Shown here in pieces: positions 14,099-25,600 of a stretch of 64,000 nt of DNA. The stretch spans positions 186,001-250,000 of the forward strand of contig NW_026866608.1 in NCBI RefSeq assembly GCF_026571515.1, in the 5' to 3' direction. This DNA is from Ruditapes philippinarum (lineage: Eukaryota). Positions within the stretch are counted from its first letter, which is position 1. Each line of letters begins with the position of its first letter. A program made the position numbers and the translations under genes. The notes beneath the pieces are model-generated. The model worked only from the letters and a program-made list of their open reading frames with translations. It made no database searches and had not been told where the DNA came from.

Positions 14099-14417
14099 AA
14101 TTATATTCTAACTTGATAGATAATTACATTCTTAACTTTCAAGGTATTGCAAAAGTAATCTATCTTAAGACAATATTTTAATAATCAAAAGGACATTTTA
14201 TATCATTAAGGTATTCTAACTCGAGATTGAATAGGTTTGCAAAATAAATATTCAGGAAAAAGTGTCGTTTCTAGTGCAACAATTGCCTATGTTAACATGT
14301 AGGCAATGAAATGCATATTTAAGACTTTTCTTGAATAAATGAACATGTATACAACAAATGTCTAATTTTTTTTGGGGGGATAAGGTTGGTAGTGAATTTC
14401 TTTATCACAATATAATA

Positions 14418-14654
14418 TGAGCCGTGTCACGACAAAACCAACATAGTGCGTTTGCGACCAGCATGGATCCAGACCAACCTGCGCATCCGCGCAGTCTGAT
14501 CAGGATCCTTGCTGTTCGCTTACCAACTCTATTACAAGTAGAGAAACTGATAGCGAACAGCATGGATCCTGATCAGACTGCGCGGATGTGCAGGCTGTTC
14601 TGGATCCATGCTGGTCGCAAACCCATTATGTTGGTTTTGTCATGACACGGCTCA
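14418..14654. mobile_element. Palindromic (fold-back) MITE with TA flanks
   Basis: About 100-bp inverted arms TGAGCCGTGTCAYGACAAAACCAACAT...GCTGTTCGCT around a short loop, with TA on both sides. Resembles a high-copy bivalve MITE. ORF 14424-14645 is a by-product. Confidence 0.85.
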
Positions 14655-15419
14655 TATGTTTTCCATTTCCTGAAAACTTTTCAAAATCCAAGTCAGAATA
14701 GTCTTGCATTCAGCCCTTGAAATTCAGTTTTAATGAAAGAAAACATTTGTGGTAAAATATCGCAATAAATGATGACTAAATGGTTCCACACATTTTCATA
14801 TTTTTATATTTTCTTTGACCTCTATATTTGACTTTGTCTGCAGGGACATGAACATTTTCCTGTCAAACATGCATTTAAAAATTAAAACATACATGTATTG
14901 TTTCTGGTGATCATAAATAATAGTAAATTTAACCTTCTAGATTAAAACATGTTCAAGCTTCTAACCTGCACAATATATTAATTACCTTTAAATAATAATT
15001 ACATTTAGTGATTCCTTGAAAAATGAAAAATGTATCTATTACTAAGGTCATGTCAATTAATAAACCTAATGTAACAAATATGACCTAGATTGAAAGTAAA
15101 ACAATACAATTTTATGTTAATACAAGTGCTATAATTTTGATTTCACAAAAACTTTAAATTTGTGGTATCTTGTTTAAGTTTCCACCAGTGGTTGGCAATT
15201 GGTGTATTCATAATGAATTTATAAGTAATTTTTATGGAAGTCAAAATACTATTTGTTAACATTTTCGACACAATAATGTACATTCAGCACTACTTTTTTC
15301 AGCTGTTTAACATCTTGCATACTCTAAATATATTGTTTTTAAACATTATTAATCATATGTTTGACATTTGTAAAGAAATTAATACATATGCATTTCTGCA
15401 TAATGTTCCTGGCACAGAA

Positions 15420-18400
15420 TTACATTAACAAATTTGCTATTTTCTTTTGAGTATTTATCCAATCATGCAAGTCTCCAGCATGTATACAGTCTAAAGGGTT
15501 TCTGAATGTAGAAAAGTTATTCCAACGCAAGTCCTTAACACTTCCTCTTTGTCTCAGGTAGTCAACCATTGCCTTTATGTCCCCATTTTTGTTAACTGGT
15601 GGTCGTTCTCTCTTTGATCTTGCTGTTCGGGTTGTTCTGATTAAGTTTTGTTTAATGTCACTCACTACTTGTGTGGTCATACAGACTTGTTTAGCAGATT
15701 CATAGGATTTGTTTGCTCCTTGGCGATTTAGTTCCTGCTTTATATTGTGAACTTGTATCTCCACGGCATTGTCATTTGGGATGTTGTTACATACCCCACC
15801 ATGCAAATTTACACAAATATTCCATTTGTATTCAAAACTTTATTTTGCCCCAAGAAGAGACATTGAATATGACACCATCCGCCACAACCATATTTTATAT
15901 TTCGAGTGTTTAATCGATGAGTCATACAACCATTCAAAGTGTGCATTTCGAATTGATCTGTCTCCATCACACATTTTATACGAGTCACAAGTGTCCCTGA
16001 ATAACAAGGACATAAACAAGAAATGCTTCACAGCATTACTAACTGGAGCATCCTCATTAACTTTGTGGAAATTCCAATGATGTTTTTTGACAAGATGCTG
16101 TTTAAACCAATTCAATGATGTATATGTTTTACCACAAAGACAACATGTGTATTGATCACCAATTTTCATAGCTTCAAGTTGGCAGTCATCTGAATGAAGA
16201 GCTGTTAAGTCTGTCGTTAGCTTGGAAATACTATCCTTTTCACTTAGTTCAAGACTTTCTACAATACGTTTTGACAACAAATTCACATACTCTATTTTTT
16301 GGCTTTTGTTCATTAAATGTATAGGAGGATGTGGGACAGGTGATGCCATATCCTCCATGTCCAGTATATCTAACCCAGCAGCGACAATGTATGCATCTGT
16401 AACATCTTGTAGAAAATCTTGATGGGGTCTGAAAAACATTAAGGTTTATCTTATAAATAAAGAAGATTTCAATTACTACGAAATTTTAAAAACCAAATTT
16501 TTCAGGCGAACCATTTTTTTTAAATCTCAGCAAGAAACAACCTCCAGGAGCAAGTTTTACAGTCTGATTAAAGCTTACCATATTTCAGAATAAAATATTG
16601 TTATGGTATTTTGTTTGTAATCTGTATAAAATACATAAAAGTGTATTGGTCAAATTATCTCATATAAAGTGTTATTATTATCTTAATAACCATGCTTGAA
16701 AAACAAGACAGCAATAATGCCCTATATTGCTCACCAGGGTACCATTGAAACATTTAATCTATCCAGACATCTATATATTCTAAAAGCTCAAATTAGCACT
16801 ACATGCATAGGTGATGTATATTTAGATAATTGATTATCAACATTGTTTACCTGAACTTCTGCACAACATCTTGCGCACCAGTCACATCTCTGCGGTTAAT
16901 CAGATTACGGAGCTGATATAATGATCCAGGGTCCCGAGCACTACCACTGGTGTAGAAGAGCTGGTAGATTCCCTGCAACACATGTAGTTATTGTTTTTTA
17001 TCATTAATAGGTTCTTTTCATGCTACAGTTATTTGGAATCTTTCACAAATTCAAATTTAAGCTTAAAAATACATGTGCAATATTATACACTTATCATATG
17101 AGATATATATTAACCAACGAGAGCTCAATACTGGCTATGCGTGACCTTGCCCTTAGAGATCCAGATGACATGTGCATATGGAATATTTTAAATTAATAGT
17201 CTTACTATGTTATTAAGTATTATTATTACCAATAAATTATAGATTATCTAATGTTATTTCATGCTTTCCAGTGTTTTATTGTAATATATCAGATGATTAT
17301 ATTCTTTTAAACCACTAGTGAAATTTATAATATATAATTTTCACTGTAGCCGAACTATATCTGAATGCGGATACAAGAATATCAAAACTAAATGGAATAA
17401 CAGGCAAAAATAAATTCCGCCATGCGTAAATTTTGCTTCTTTTGGAAAAGAAAGTCGATGTCACCATACATTAGGTTAAAATGTATCAAAATTAGAGAAA
17501 TTTAACAGAACTATATTTCAAATTTGTTGATGTGACGTCATGATGTGATGACGTCAGTGACATTACACGGCAAAATCAGTAAAAATTACTTAAAATCACT
17601 TAAAACGCATGAAATAAAAAGAAAATTTATTTGTTTTACATATAAGATTGAAATATATTTCATTCGTGAACACCAGCTATTATATTTTCACTAGTGGCTA
17701 CGCCACTAGTGAAAATATTGCATCTGGTGTTCACTCATTGAAATTATATTTCAATCTTACATGCAAAACAAACACATATCCTCTATTTCTTAATCATGTA
17801 GGTACCAATCTTAGTCTAATACCAACAAATTGTGTGTGAAAAATAAGTGAAAGATATGTGAAAAATGTGAAAGTAAACAAGTGTGGAACATCATGACAAA
17901 ACCTGCAATAATGACAAGTTAACTTATTTCACAATAATCTGCAAAAACATGTATGTTTTCAAATACTTCGGAAAGTATAAGCCTTGTATCTTAAAGGCCC
18001 ATTATACATGAACCTAAGAAATGTTTTTAATTTCATTTCTCAAAGCTTTTTAATTTTTTGTTTACTTTTATATAAAATTCATGTTAACCCTTTTTAAAGA
18101 AGTAAAAAACAATATTTCAGAGTCATAATTATGAAAAAATACAATTATTTTAATGCAGGTTTTGTTTCAATGTAAACAAGAAATAAAACTTAATGCAACC
18201 AAGATAACTGAAACCAAACTTACATGAACTAATAATAACAAACAGTCCAAATTTTAACTCCTTATTACTAATAGGAAGTTGAATTCTCTGTGAAGTCCAT
18301 CTGGTCTGTGTACAATTCCAAACAAACAGTGAAACTCTGTATCACCATTCTGCATTGCCTGCTGTGCCGAGAAAGCCCTTTCATTAGTAAGGACATCTCC

Positions 18401-21400
18401 TCCAAATACAAGTTTTTGCACTACTCTGCCATCTGAATGAGGAACAGCCAATTCATGCACCTTTTGCAAAATATTGATCATACCTTGGGATGAATTTTCA
18501 CTTGAGTCAATTAGGTCACAGTTGAATATCACTGATTTCTTTTTTGTTATTTCTGTATAAGGGTGGTCTATATATGCTGGATAAACATCCTTCACTGGTT
18601 GCAGAAATTCAAAGTACTTGAGAAGTACCTTTGAAATATGGAAAATAAAGTTCTGTTCCAGTGCTTCCATATGGTCAACTGAAGGGACCCAAGTATGGGG
18701 AGGTATTTCCAGAATGGGCTGCTGCTGTGGAACAGGTGTTGGCAAGTTTAGATGTTCATATGTCACTCTAATTTGCTTTACCATAGTTAAGAACCAGTGG
18801 AGACTTTTCCGCTGTTTTTCCATAGTCATATGTGATGGTGAAATGGTAATGTCAAAGTTATCTCCTAATATTTCAATGGTTTTTGGTTGACTGTCACACT
18901 CTAGAATTTCATTTTGGTGATTCTCACAATTTTCTCTCAGTGTTGACACTTGTTCTGGAATTGAACATGTATTTGTAGCTTGTTTGACTGCACATTTATC
19001 TTGGAATCCCTGGACAACACTGTTAATATTTTGTTCTTGTTTTTTCACAAGGTCCTTTTTCTTTTTAATTACGCTGGTGTAGGAAACTGCTAACCCAAGA
19101 TCATGAACTATATTTAGACCCTGAAAGAAAAAATATATATATTTTAGCATCATTTTGATTTAACTAATACATGATAGAACACAAGGCTGAAACTAGATCA
19201 GGTTCTTTTCCATGGATTTTAGGAACATGGAAATACAATGTAGGTATTTCAGCAATGTTATGTTAAAAATTGGGAATTGGATGTAAAGAATCACTGTCTA
19301 GGATGGCATCTTCAAACATTTAAGCACCATAAAAGTGAAGAAGCCCTTATTTTCAAAGATTTTAGAATTTGTTATTAATATTATTATTTTGTAACTTTCA
19401 AAATTTGGAAATAAAATTCCTGTGGTTTGAAAATAACATACTATTTTCAATTGGGAATATGAACTAGTATCAGCTATAAAATAACAAAAAACATCCCTGC
19501 AGATTTACTTTCTAGGGTTCATAGATTTAAACTTCAGATTACTTATAATATTATTATTATTTGGGTCTGATAATTAAATATATTAAAGATCCTGTATGTT
19601 TTGTGATTGATATTGATACTGTGTGTATACCAGGCTTGCAAAAACTATATTTGTATTTAATTATGCAAATTAAACAATTTTCAAACATCGAATAAATTCT
19701 AAAATATTTACTGCAAATGTTTGTGCACATTCTATTCAATCAATAAATTACATGCATTCATTTCTTATTGGAAAATTTTACTAAGCATTTATATAAAATA
19801 AATTTCTAATTACCTCCTTTTATTTACATGAAATGTTAATTTGGGTAATATCTTTAGAAATAATGCTTATTGGAACTTACAATATTTACAAATCTTAATT
19901 TGAGCATCATATTTTATATTTATGAAATAAAACCATGAAAAAATTGTGTTACAGGATCTTTAATTTATCTCCAGCCTTATCATTATTATTTATATAACTA
20001 AAATAATGTTGCAACAACCTAATAATCTAAATAAATTTAATTGAAATCTAGTAAAATTAAGTGAATATGTAAATTGAATTACCTCTTTATTTAGCCCACA
20101 GCCATCAAGTACTAAGCCAAGTACATACTGCATGAGGTTAAGAAATTGATTTCGAGTGTATAACAGAACAGAAACTGCCACCACAAAGCGGGCCATGCTT
20201 TTCTGCTTTGTAATAAAACTTGCCAAAACAGATGAGAGAGTCGGCATTTTTAATTTGATGATGTCAAATTGGTCTTTCCAAGAAAAGTTCATGAGTTTAT
20301 TTGTTGTAGACACTTTAAAATCAGTTTCTGGCTTTTTAGTGAGTGCTGAGGTCTCTTTAATAATCTCTGTTGATACACATTTTAAAAGTGCAGATTTATA
20401 TAGTTCTGATTTTAATAGATGTTTATCTACAGCAGCTGGCCCTTTCCTGTTGACAATAGCTTTAATGGCTGATTTCTCTACTTTGTCTGTAATTATTTTG
20501 GACCTTTCCTTCTCATTGTACACCAAAGTTACCTGTTAGAATTCATTTAAAAATTTATGAATATTTATAACAATTCTGATATTTATAACAATATTTAAGT
20601 TTCAGGTTAAACACTATTTGAATTTTATTCAGTAAAATAATAAAGAAAAAGTTTCAATGCCATGTAATATTTTATGACAAATTCAATACTAAACTAGCTC
20701 TACCACTCATGAAAATCAGAAATCAAATGAACACATATAACTGTTATTTGTATTAAGGCCTTGAGTCTGTCTAAGATATTACTTGTGATTGATTAAATGA
20801 CATCAATATATTAAAATTGATCAAATGCAAACCTGGAATTAAAAATCTGAAATTTGAATAAACTCGTGGCTTTTAATTAAAGTTTTTATGGAAATATTTT
20901 ACCAGAATATACATTTCTTAAAACTGATTTTATCCAATTTAATTGGCATTGTTACTTGAAATAGATTTTAACTTTAACAATGATAAATTTATTGCACTGA
21001 CTGTACCTTCACATCAAATGGCTTTCTTGTACATGTAGTCACAGTTTCTGTGCTTGCATCCACCATTTTTGGTCCACAGTGAGTAATGCTAGGTCTCTTT
21101 GGGGTTGTGATCTTCTGTGGTGTTCGAAACAAAGACTTCTTACTTTTTGGTGTAACACCACTTGGTGAAGAAATTGTACGCTTTGTTGAACCTGGTTTTG
21201 ATGCTACAAAATATAGAATTAACCATAATATATATGCAAAACATTGCCCAGTGAATTTATGTTTAAATACTAGATAAATTTGCATGAGATACAACATCCT
21301 GCCAATGGAGGATTTGGTTTAACATTGTATTCAGCAGCTATGGTCATATTTCAATTTCCACCTTTCATATGGAGGAAGACCACCCAGTATTATTCCAGTC

Positions 21401-22510
21401 ACAAGCAGATGTTCATGTTGTACCTGGGTAGAACCACTAACCTTCCATTAGCTACCTGGACAACTACTTGTCTGAGTTAGAAAACTAAAAACAAGTTCTT
21501 ATATATTCATTTCTATAATAAGTACTTGGAACAGTTACAAAGAAACAATGATTACTTATCCCGAACCAGTGATTTTGCAAGCTAATGAATTATCAGACAT
21601 ATAAAAATATTTTCTTTCTAAAGAATCAGGGTCAGCTTGGCACTAAAACATACTCGATCCTATCCCAACTTGGTACAGGGCCGAGTTAACCCTTTACTTT
21701 TTCTAAGTATTAAAAAAAAACAATATACAACGATTTCCCAACAGCTTGTCTATGTTTACAGTTGAGTGACGATTCACCCCTTATTATTTAAAACATTTTT
21801 TTATTTGTTTGGATTGAAAAACATGTATGGTTTGGGAGGGGGGGGGGGGGTAGTTAAAGGTCTTCAGTGTACCCATTTATATAGTATGACATGATGTTAA
21901 CTTAAATGCCACATCAAATGAAAAACAAAAATATTAAAAAGTGGTTTATAAAGTTTGGGAAGCCAGAACTGGAGGGGTGGGGTGGGGTGTTGATGTTCGC
22001 ATCTTTTTGTTATTTGTAACATTATTTTCGTCACTAAACAGCTAAATGAGGGGCTAATCGGGAGACTATTTTTTTCAATATTGATGAATACATTTAAGTG
22101 TCCATTTTGTGTTCCTACAGAAAAATATGGAAACTTTTGAACTTTTTATATCGTTTCTATAAGTTTTAAGAAAGATAGTCAGATGTCGCAAACACATACA
22201 TACCAGTTGGAGTAACATGTCGCGTTGATTGTGCTTTAACAACACCTGGCAATTGCTCAAACTTTTGCAAAAGTTCTCTTTTCTCGGTCGCTAATTTACG
22301 ACCGATTGTCGTTTCATCCTCAGTGCATTTTCGGATTCTATTAAGAATATTTACACACAAGTTACAACAAAATCCAGTAGGTGAAACGTTAATACTTGCA
22401 AAAATATCGTTATATTGATATCTGCTTGCAGATGAACTGACTTGGCGATAGTTTTTGCCGTTAATTTTACCAAGACACGTACAACAGCTTTTAACTGTGG
22501 GCGCTGCCAT
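15420..22510 (-). CDS. Academ-type DDE transposase (DUF6589-like), 6 exons, 978 codons, with one in-frame TAA at 15840-15842 (possibly a recent pseudogene)
   Basis: Exons 22510-22204, 21203-21007, 20532-20083, 19120-18269, 16972-16851 and 16428-15420. All introns are GT..AG with matching phases (1,0,0,0,2). Motifs: GDNFD, GGDVLTNER, DGLHREFN, GSLYQLRNLINRRDV (exon 5, missed by the ORF track), DGDR, KWNICVNLHGGVCNNIPNDNAVE. There is an N-terminal CxxC..CxxC and an internal C2H2 finger. Family assignment is from motif recall, not a database search. Confidence 0.85.
17284..17788. mobile_element. Non-autonomous element with a long terminal hairpin (class uncertain, Crypton-N-like) in transposase intron 4
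   Basis: About 140-bp imperfect palindrome at 17631-17771 with a perfect 17-bp core stem, ATATTTTCACTAGTGGC-tac-GCCACTAGTGAAAATAT. CCACTAGTGAAA recurs at ~17312. Boundaries are approximate. Confidence 0.55.
21312..21470 (-). mobile_element. Degenerate SINE-like fragment in transposase intron 1
   Basis: Minus strand reads GGAAGGTTAGTGGTTCTACCCAGGT...GGTCTTCCTCCA...ATATGACC...TGTTAAACCAAA, which resembles the body and 3' end of a common bivalve SINE (recall only). Confidence 0.4.
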
Positions 22511-22620
22511 TTTGTTTCTTACTGTTTTTTTACCTCCGCAGTTGAAGAATACAGATTTTGTTAAACGCGATGTCATTGGTAGATATTTTACGCACCTGTT
22601 GCTGTATATCGACGCAAATC
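22511..22620 (-). promoter_or_regulatory. Putative transposase promoter
   Basis: Minus-strand CCAAT (22575-22579) followed by CGCG, about 65 bp upstream of aaaATGGCAGCG at 22510. Mirrors the left end. Confidence 0.35.
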
Positions 22621-22670
22621 GATTCATTTTACCCACGGTTGATTGCATGTTATGTGACATGTTTATCAAT

Positions 22671-22688
22671 CGTGGGTATCCGACGATG
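22671..22688 (-). repeat. Right TIR of the AcademH element
   Basis: CGTGGGTATCCGACGATG followed by TSD TATAAATAT at 22689-22697. Confidence 0.95.
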
Positions 22689-25600
22689 TATAAATATACA
22701 ATTAAGCCAACAACAACTCAGAATAGCTTATTTTGTAACATACTGTACAGACGACACTCTTATTCATTATTCTTTCTCTTTATGACCGAGTGCGCTGATT
22801 TTTGTGCCTTTATGTGAATTTACATGCAACTTTGTTAGTCCTTTGGGCAATACATACATTTTAAAAAAAACTATATTTGCCATGTTAAATGCAAAATATG
22901 ATAGAACACACAAGTTGATATCTGCATACACACATATGATTTATTCAATATTGTACACTGTTTGATGCTACACATGAAAGGTTATTGCAAATGACTTGAC
23001 TAAGTTACAAACATAAACTGACCAATGTTAAATAATAAAATACCAATTATTAAACAACAGAGAAGATACTTGGAGACATCTGTCAGATGTTGTGTTAACA
23101 AAAATGTAATAAAATGTACAAAGCTGACAAGAACTTAAGTAGAAAATCTTTTACAACTTTCAAATCAATGTTTGTTACAAATCACTACTCACAAATTATT
23201 GTTGGGCAGAAGCAAACTACTCTTATTGGTTACAAATAAACCAACCTCGAATTAATGTTTGTTACAAAAAAGTAGTTTTTTTAATGAAAACCCCATAGCA
23301 ATAATTCTTGCACACAAATATGTGTTTATTTAGTTTTTGTGTTGAAACTTTATCATCAATATTTGATATAAACATATCACGATAATAAGACAGAGAACAA
23401 CACGTTGTTTTTTATCACTAAACGCTAACAACATTAGTCTTATAAACATCCGTAATCCATCTTTAGTCAATCCTTTTTAAAATAAGGCAAAAATAGGAAC
23501 AGACTAATTGTTTTCTTTAGTTTGTATTTCATATTGACATTCCCAGGTTGCTTCAAATCATGTTTACTTCAATATTATTTAAGATGATTATGTTTTCAGA
23601 CACATCAATCAGTCAAGTCTTGTGTGATCTATTCGAATATAATAGCGCTAAATTATCCCATGTTTACTTAGTACATATGTCAATCTGTCTGTTTAAGATT
23701 CGACAAAAAGGAAGGGTTTATATTTATGTTTGTAAAATTATAAGGAAACATGTGGTAATGTATTTACAATCAATAGCGGTTTTTTATATGCTAACGTCAG
23801 ATGACAGACAAATCAAAGCAGTATTTCGAAATTCCATTTTGGTCACGTGATGTGACTTGATTGCAATCATTCAATGAATGTAAACTTATATAAGGAAAGT
23901 AACATTTAGTATATCTAATAATATTTATTCGCTTTAGGAAACGACTGGCCTGCATCCTAATTGAAACGACTAAATCTGCATGGCAAAATGCATGAACAAG
24001 TAGAAAATGCTAACTTAATTACTAAAGTGACATTATGCTCATTCATTTTTACACTCAGTCTGTCAATCTGAGTTGAGTTAGTAATGTATTTCAACAGATT
24101 GTCTGTTATAATTGTAATTGACCAATAATTGATTTTGAAAAAAATGTTTAGGGTTATATAATTATAAAAACTACATAAATTATAAAAATTGCCCCACCTT
24201 TTTTCTAAAAAATGAACGTTACCAATACATACCGAACGATATTTATAGAAAAATCCATTGATCACGTGGATTATTAAATACATTTGCATTATTATTATAT
24301 ATGATTGAACACTATTATGGCAAAATATAAAGTTATGTTATATTTTCCCTTTGCTTTAACCATTTACAATTAAATGGCCATAATGCCGATTTATTTTTGT
24401 CACAGTAAGTGATAATAACTTCACGTTTAACGTTGGAAATCAAACTTTTTGTTATCGAAAAGACAATCTTTTGAAATTGCTGAAATAATATTTAATGATA
24501 AGATAGAAAAAATCCTTTTCATATGTCAAACTTTGCTAAAAGTTACAAACAAATGCTACGCCATCAAACCTTTGTCACCAAAAGACACGTTTATACATTA
24601 AAATCGGTTTCACTATCATTATGTTGGACCGGAGAGGATTAATGAAATAGAAGTAAAGTATTTATTATACGACTGGTTAAAAGAAAAAAAATCTTCCATA
24701 ACAAGAGTGAAATAATATATATCAAAGGCAGTCAATGTATCAATGGATCAAAATAATTACTAAATCAGCACTTAATATTTAGCCGGAGACAATACGTTCA
24801 TTATTTTAGATTACAAGTAACGTTGTTTTCGCAATCACTAAGCATCCATCACTAGACATTGTGCAAACGGAGAGACAAAACAATGCTAGAGGAAATTGTA
24901 CACCTATAACAGTCAATTGTAATTAGTTTCTTTATACAGAGGTAGATCTGAGCTGCGTTGATTTGCATAAATTGTGAACCTTGTTAATAACTTGGACCAA
25001 TAGTAGACAGACATGAAAGAGAACTTCTGCGTAACATCAATAAGTATCTAATGATTTCGTCTTTTCTTTGTCAATTTATCATTCCAGTATGACCGAAGCT
25101 TTATTGTTGTGTTAAATATGTGTTTAATTGATTTACTTTTCCTTTCTATGTAGAAAGGATATATTAGGAATTGATATAATCTTTGTTAACTTAGCATAAA
25201 GATACAATGTATTATTAAATATATCATTGATTTCCTTAAATACCCACGTAGTACAAGCGTCTCAATATATTGTTCCCAGTTTGTTCCCTTTCTCGCTTTT
25301 GAAAGGTCTTGGGTACGGGTATATTTGTTTAAAGCTACAAGTTCTTTCAGTATAGGAAATAACCAGAAGTCGTTTACATTAATATTCTAAATACAGAATT
25401 ACAAATTCGCTTACATTTTATAATCATATGACAAAAGAAACACCATGCCTGTTTAACACATGGATAACACATGTAACAGTTCATCCTCATTTTGATGTTG
25501 ATATAGTGCTCATGTTCTTGCCAGTCAGTGGAACAATGATGACTGAACATGTCTGTACACCCATTCACGTATGACTTTATTCCTTACAAAAAAAAAATTA

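Larger units (their letters stand above)
9986..22688. mobile_element. Full-length AcademH-type DNA transposon (RecQ helicase plus DDE transposase), 12,703 bp
   Basis: Perfect 18-bp TIRs CATCGTCGGATACCCACG at 9986-10003 and 22671-22688 (reverse complement). Identical 9-bp direct repeat TATAAATAT on both flanks (9977-9985, 22689-22697). Encodes a convergent helicase and transposase. Paralogous empty sites at ~5584-5607 (-) and ~40484-40510. A helicase plus a 9-bp TSD is the described AcademH signature. Confidence 0.93.
7518..25130 (+). repeat. Large duplicated unit, copy B (interrupted by AcademH at 9986-22688)
   Basis: 7518 GTACGGAGCCACGTGTT matches 36655. Colinear with C up to the insertion and resumes at 22689 (matches C ~40492). 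24000-25130 matches A 2640-3780 reverse complement. Short remnants continue to ~25870. Confidence 0.85.

Noticed and set aside
14424-14645. 73-aa ORF MSRQNQH...MDPDQPAHPRSLIR
   Set aside because: Lies entirely within a palindromic MITE; a spurious translation.
12574-15419. Third gene between helicase and transposase
   Set aside because: No convincing ORF or exon chain; only MITE sequence and AT-rich spacer.
9986-22688. Helitron (helicase-bearing rolling-circle element)
   Set aside because: The helicase is SF2 RecQ rather than PIF1, there is no HUH Rep motif, and TIRs with a 9-bp TSD are present.
15713-22817. Plus-strand ORFs overlapping transposase exons (15713, 15769, 16222, 18618, 20156, 21086, 22455)
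   Set aside because: Antisense shadows of the minus-strand coding exons, with no motifs of their own.
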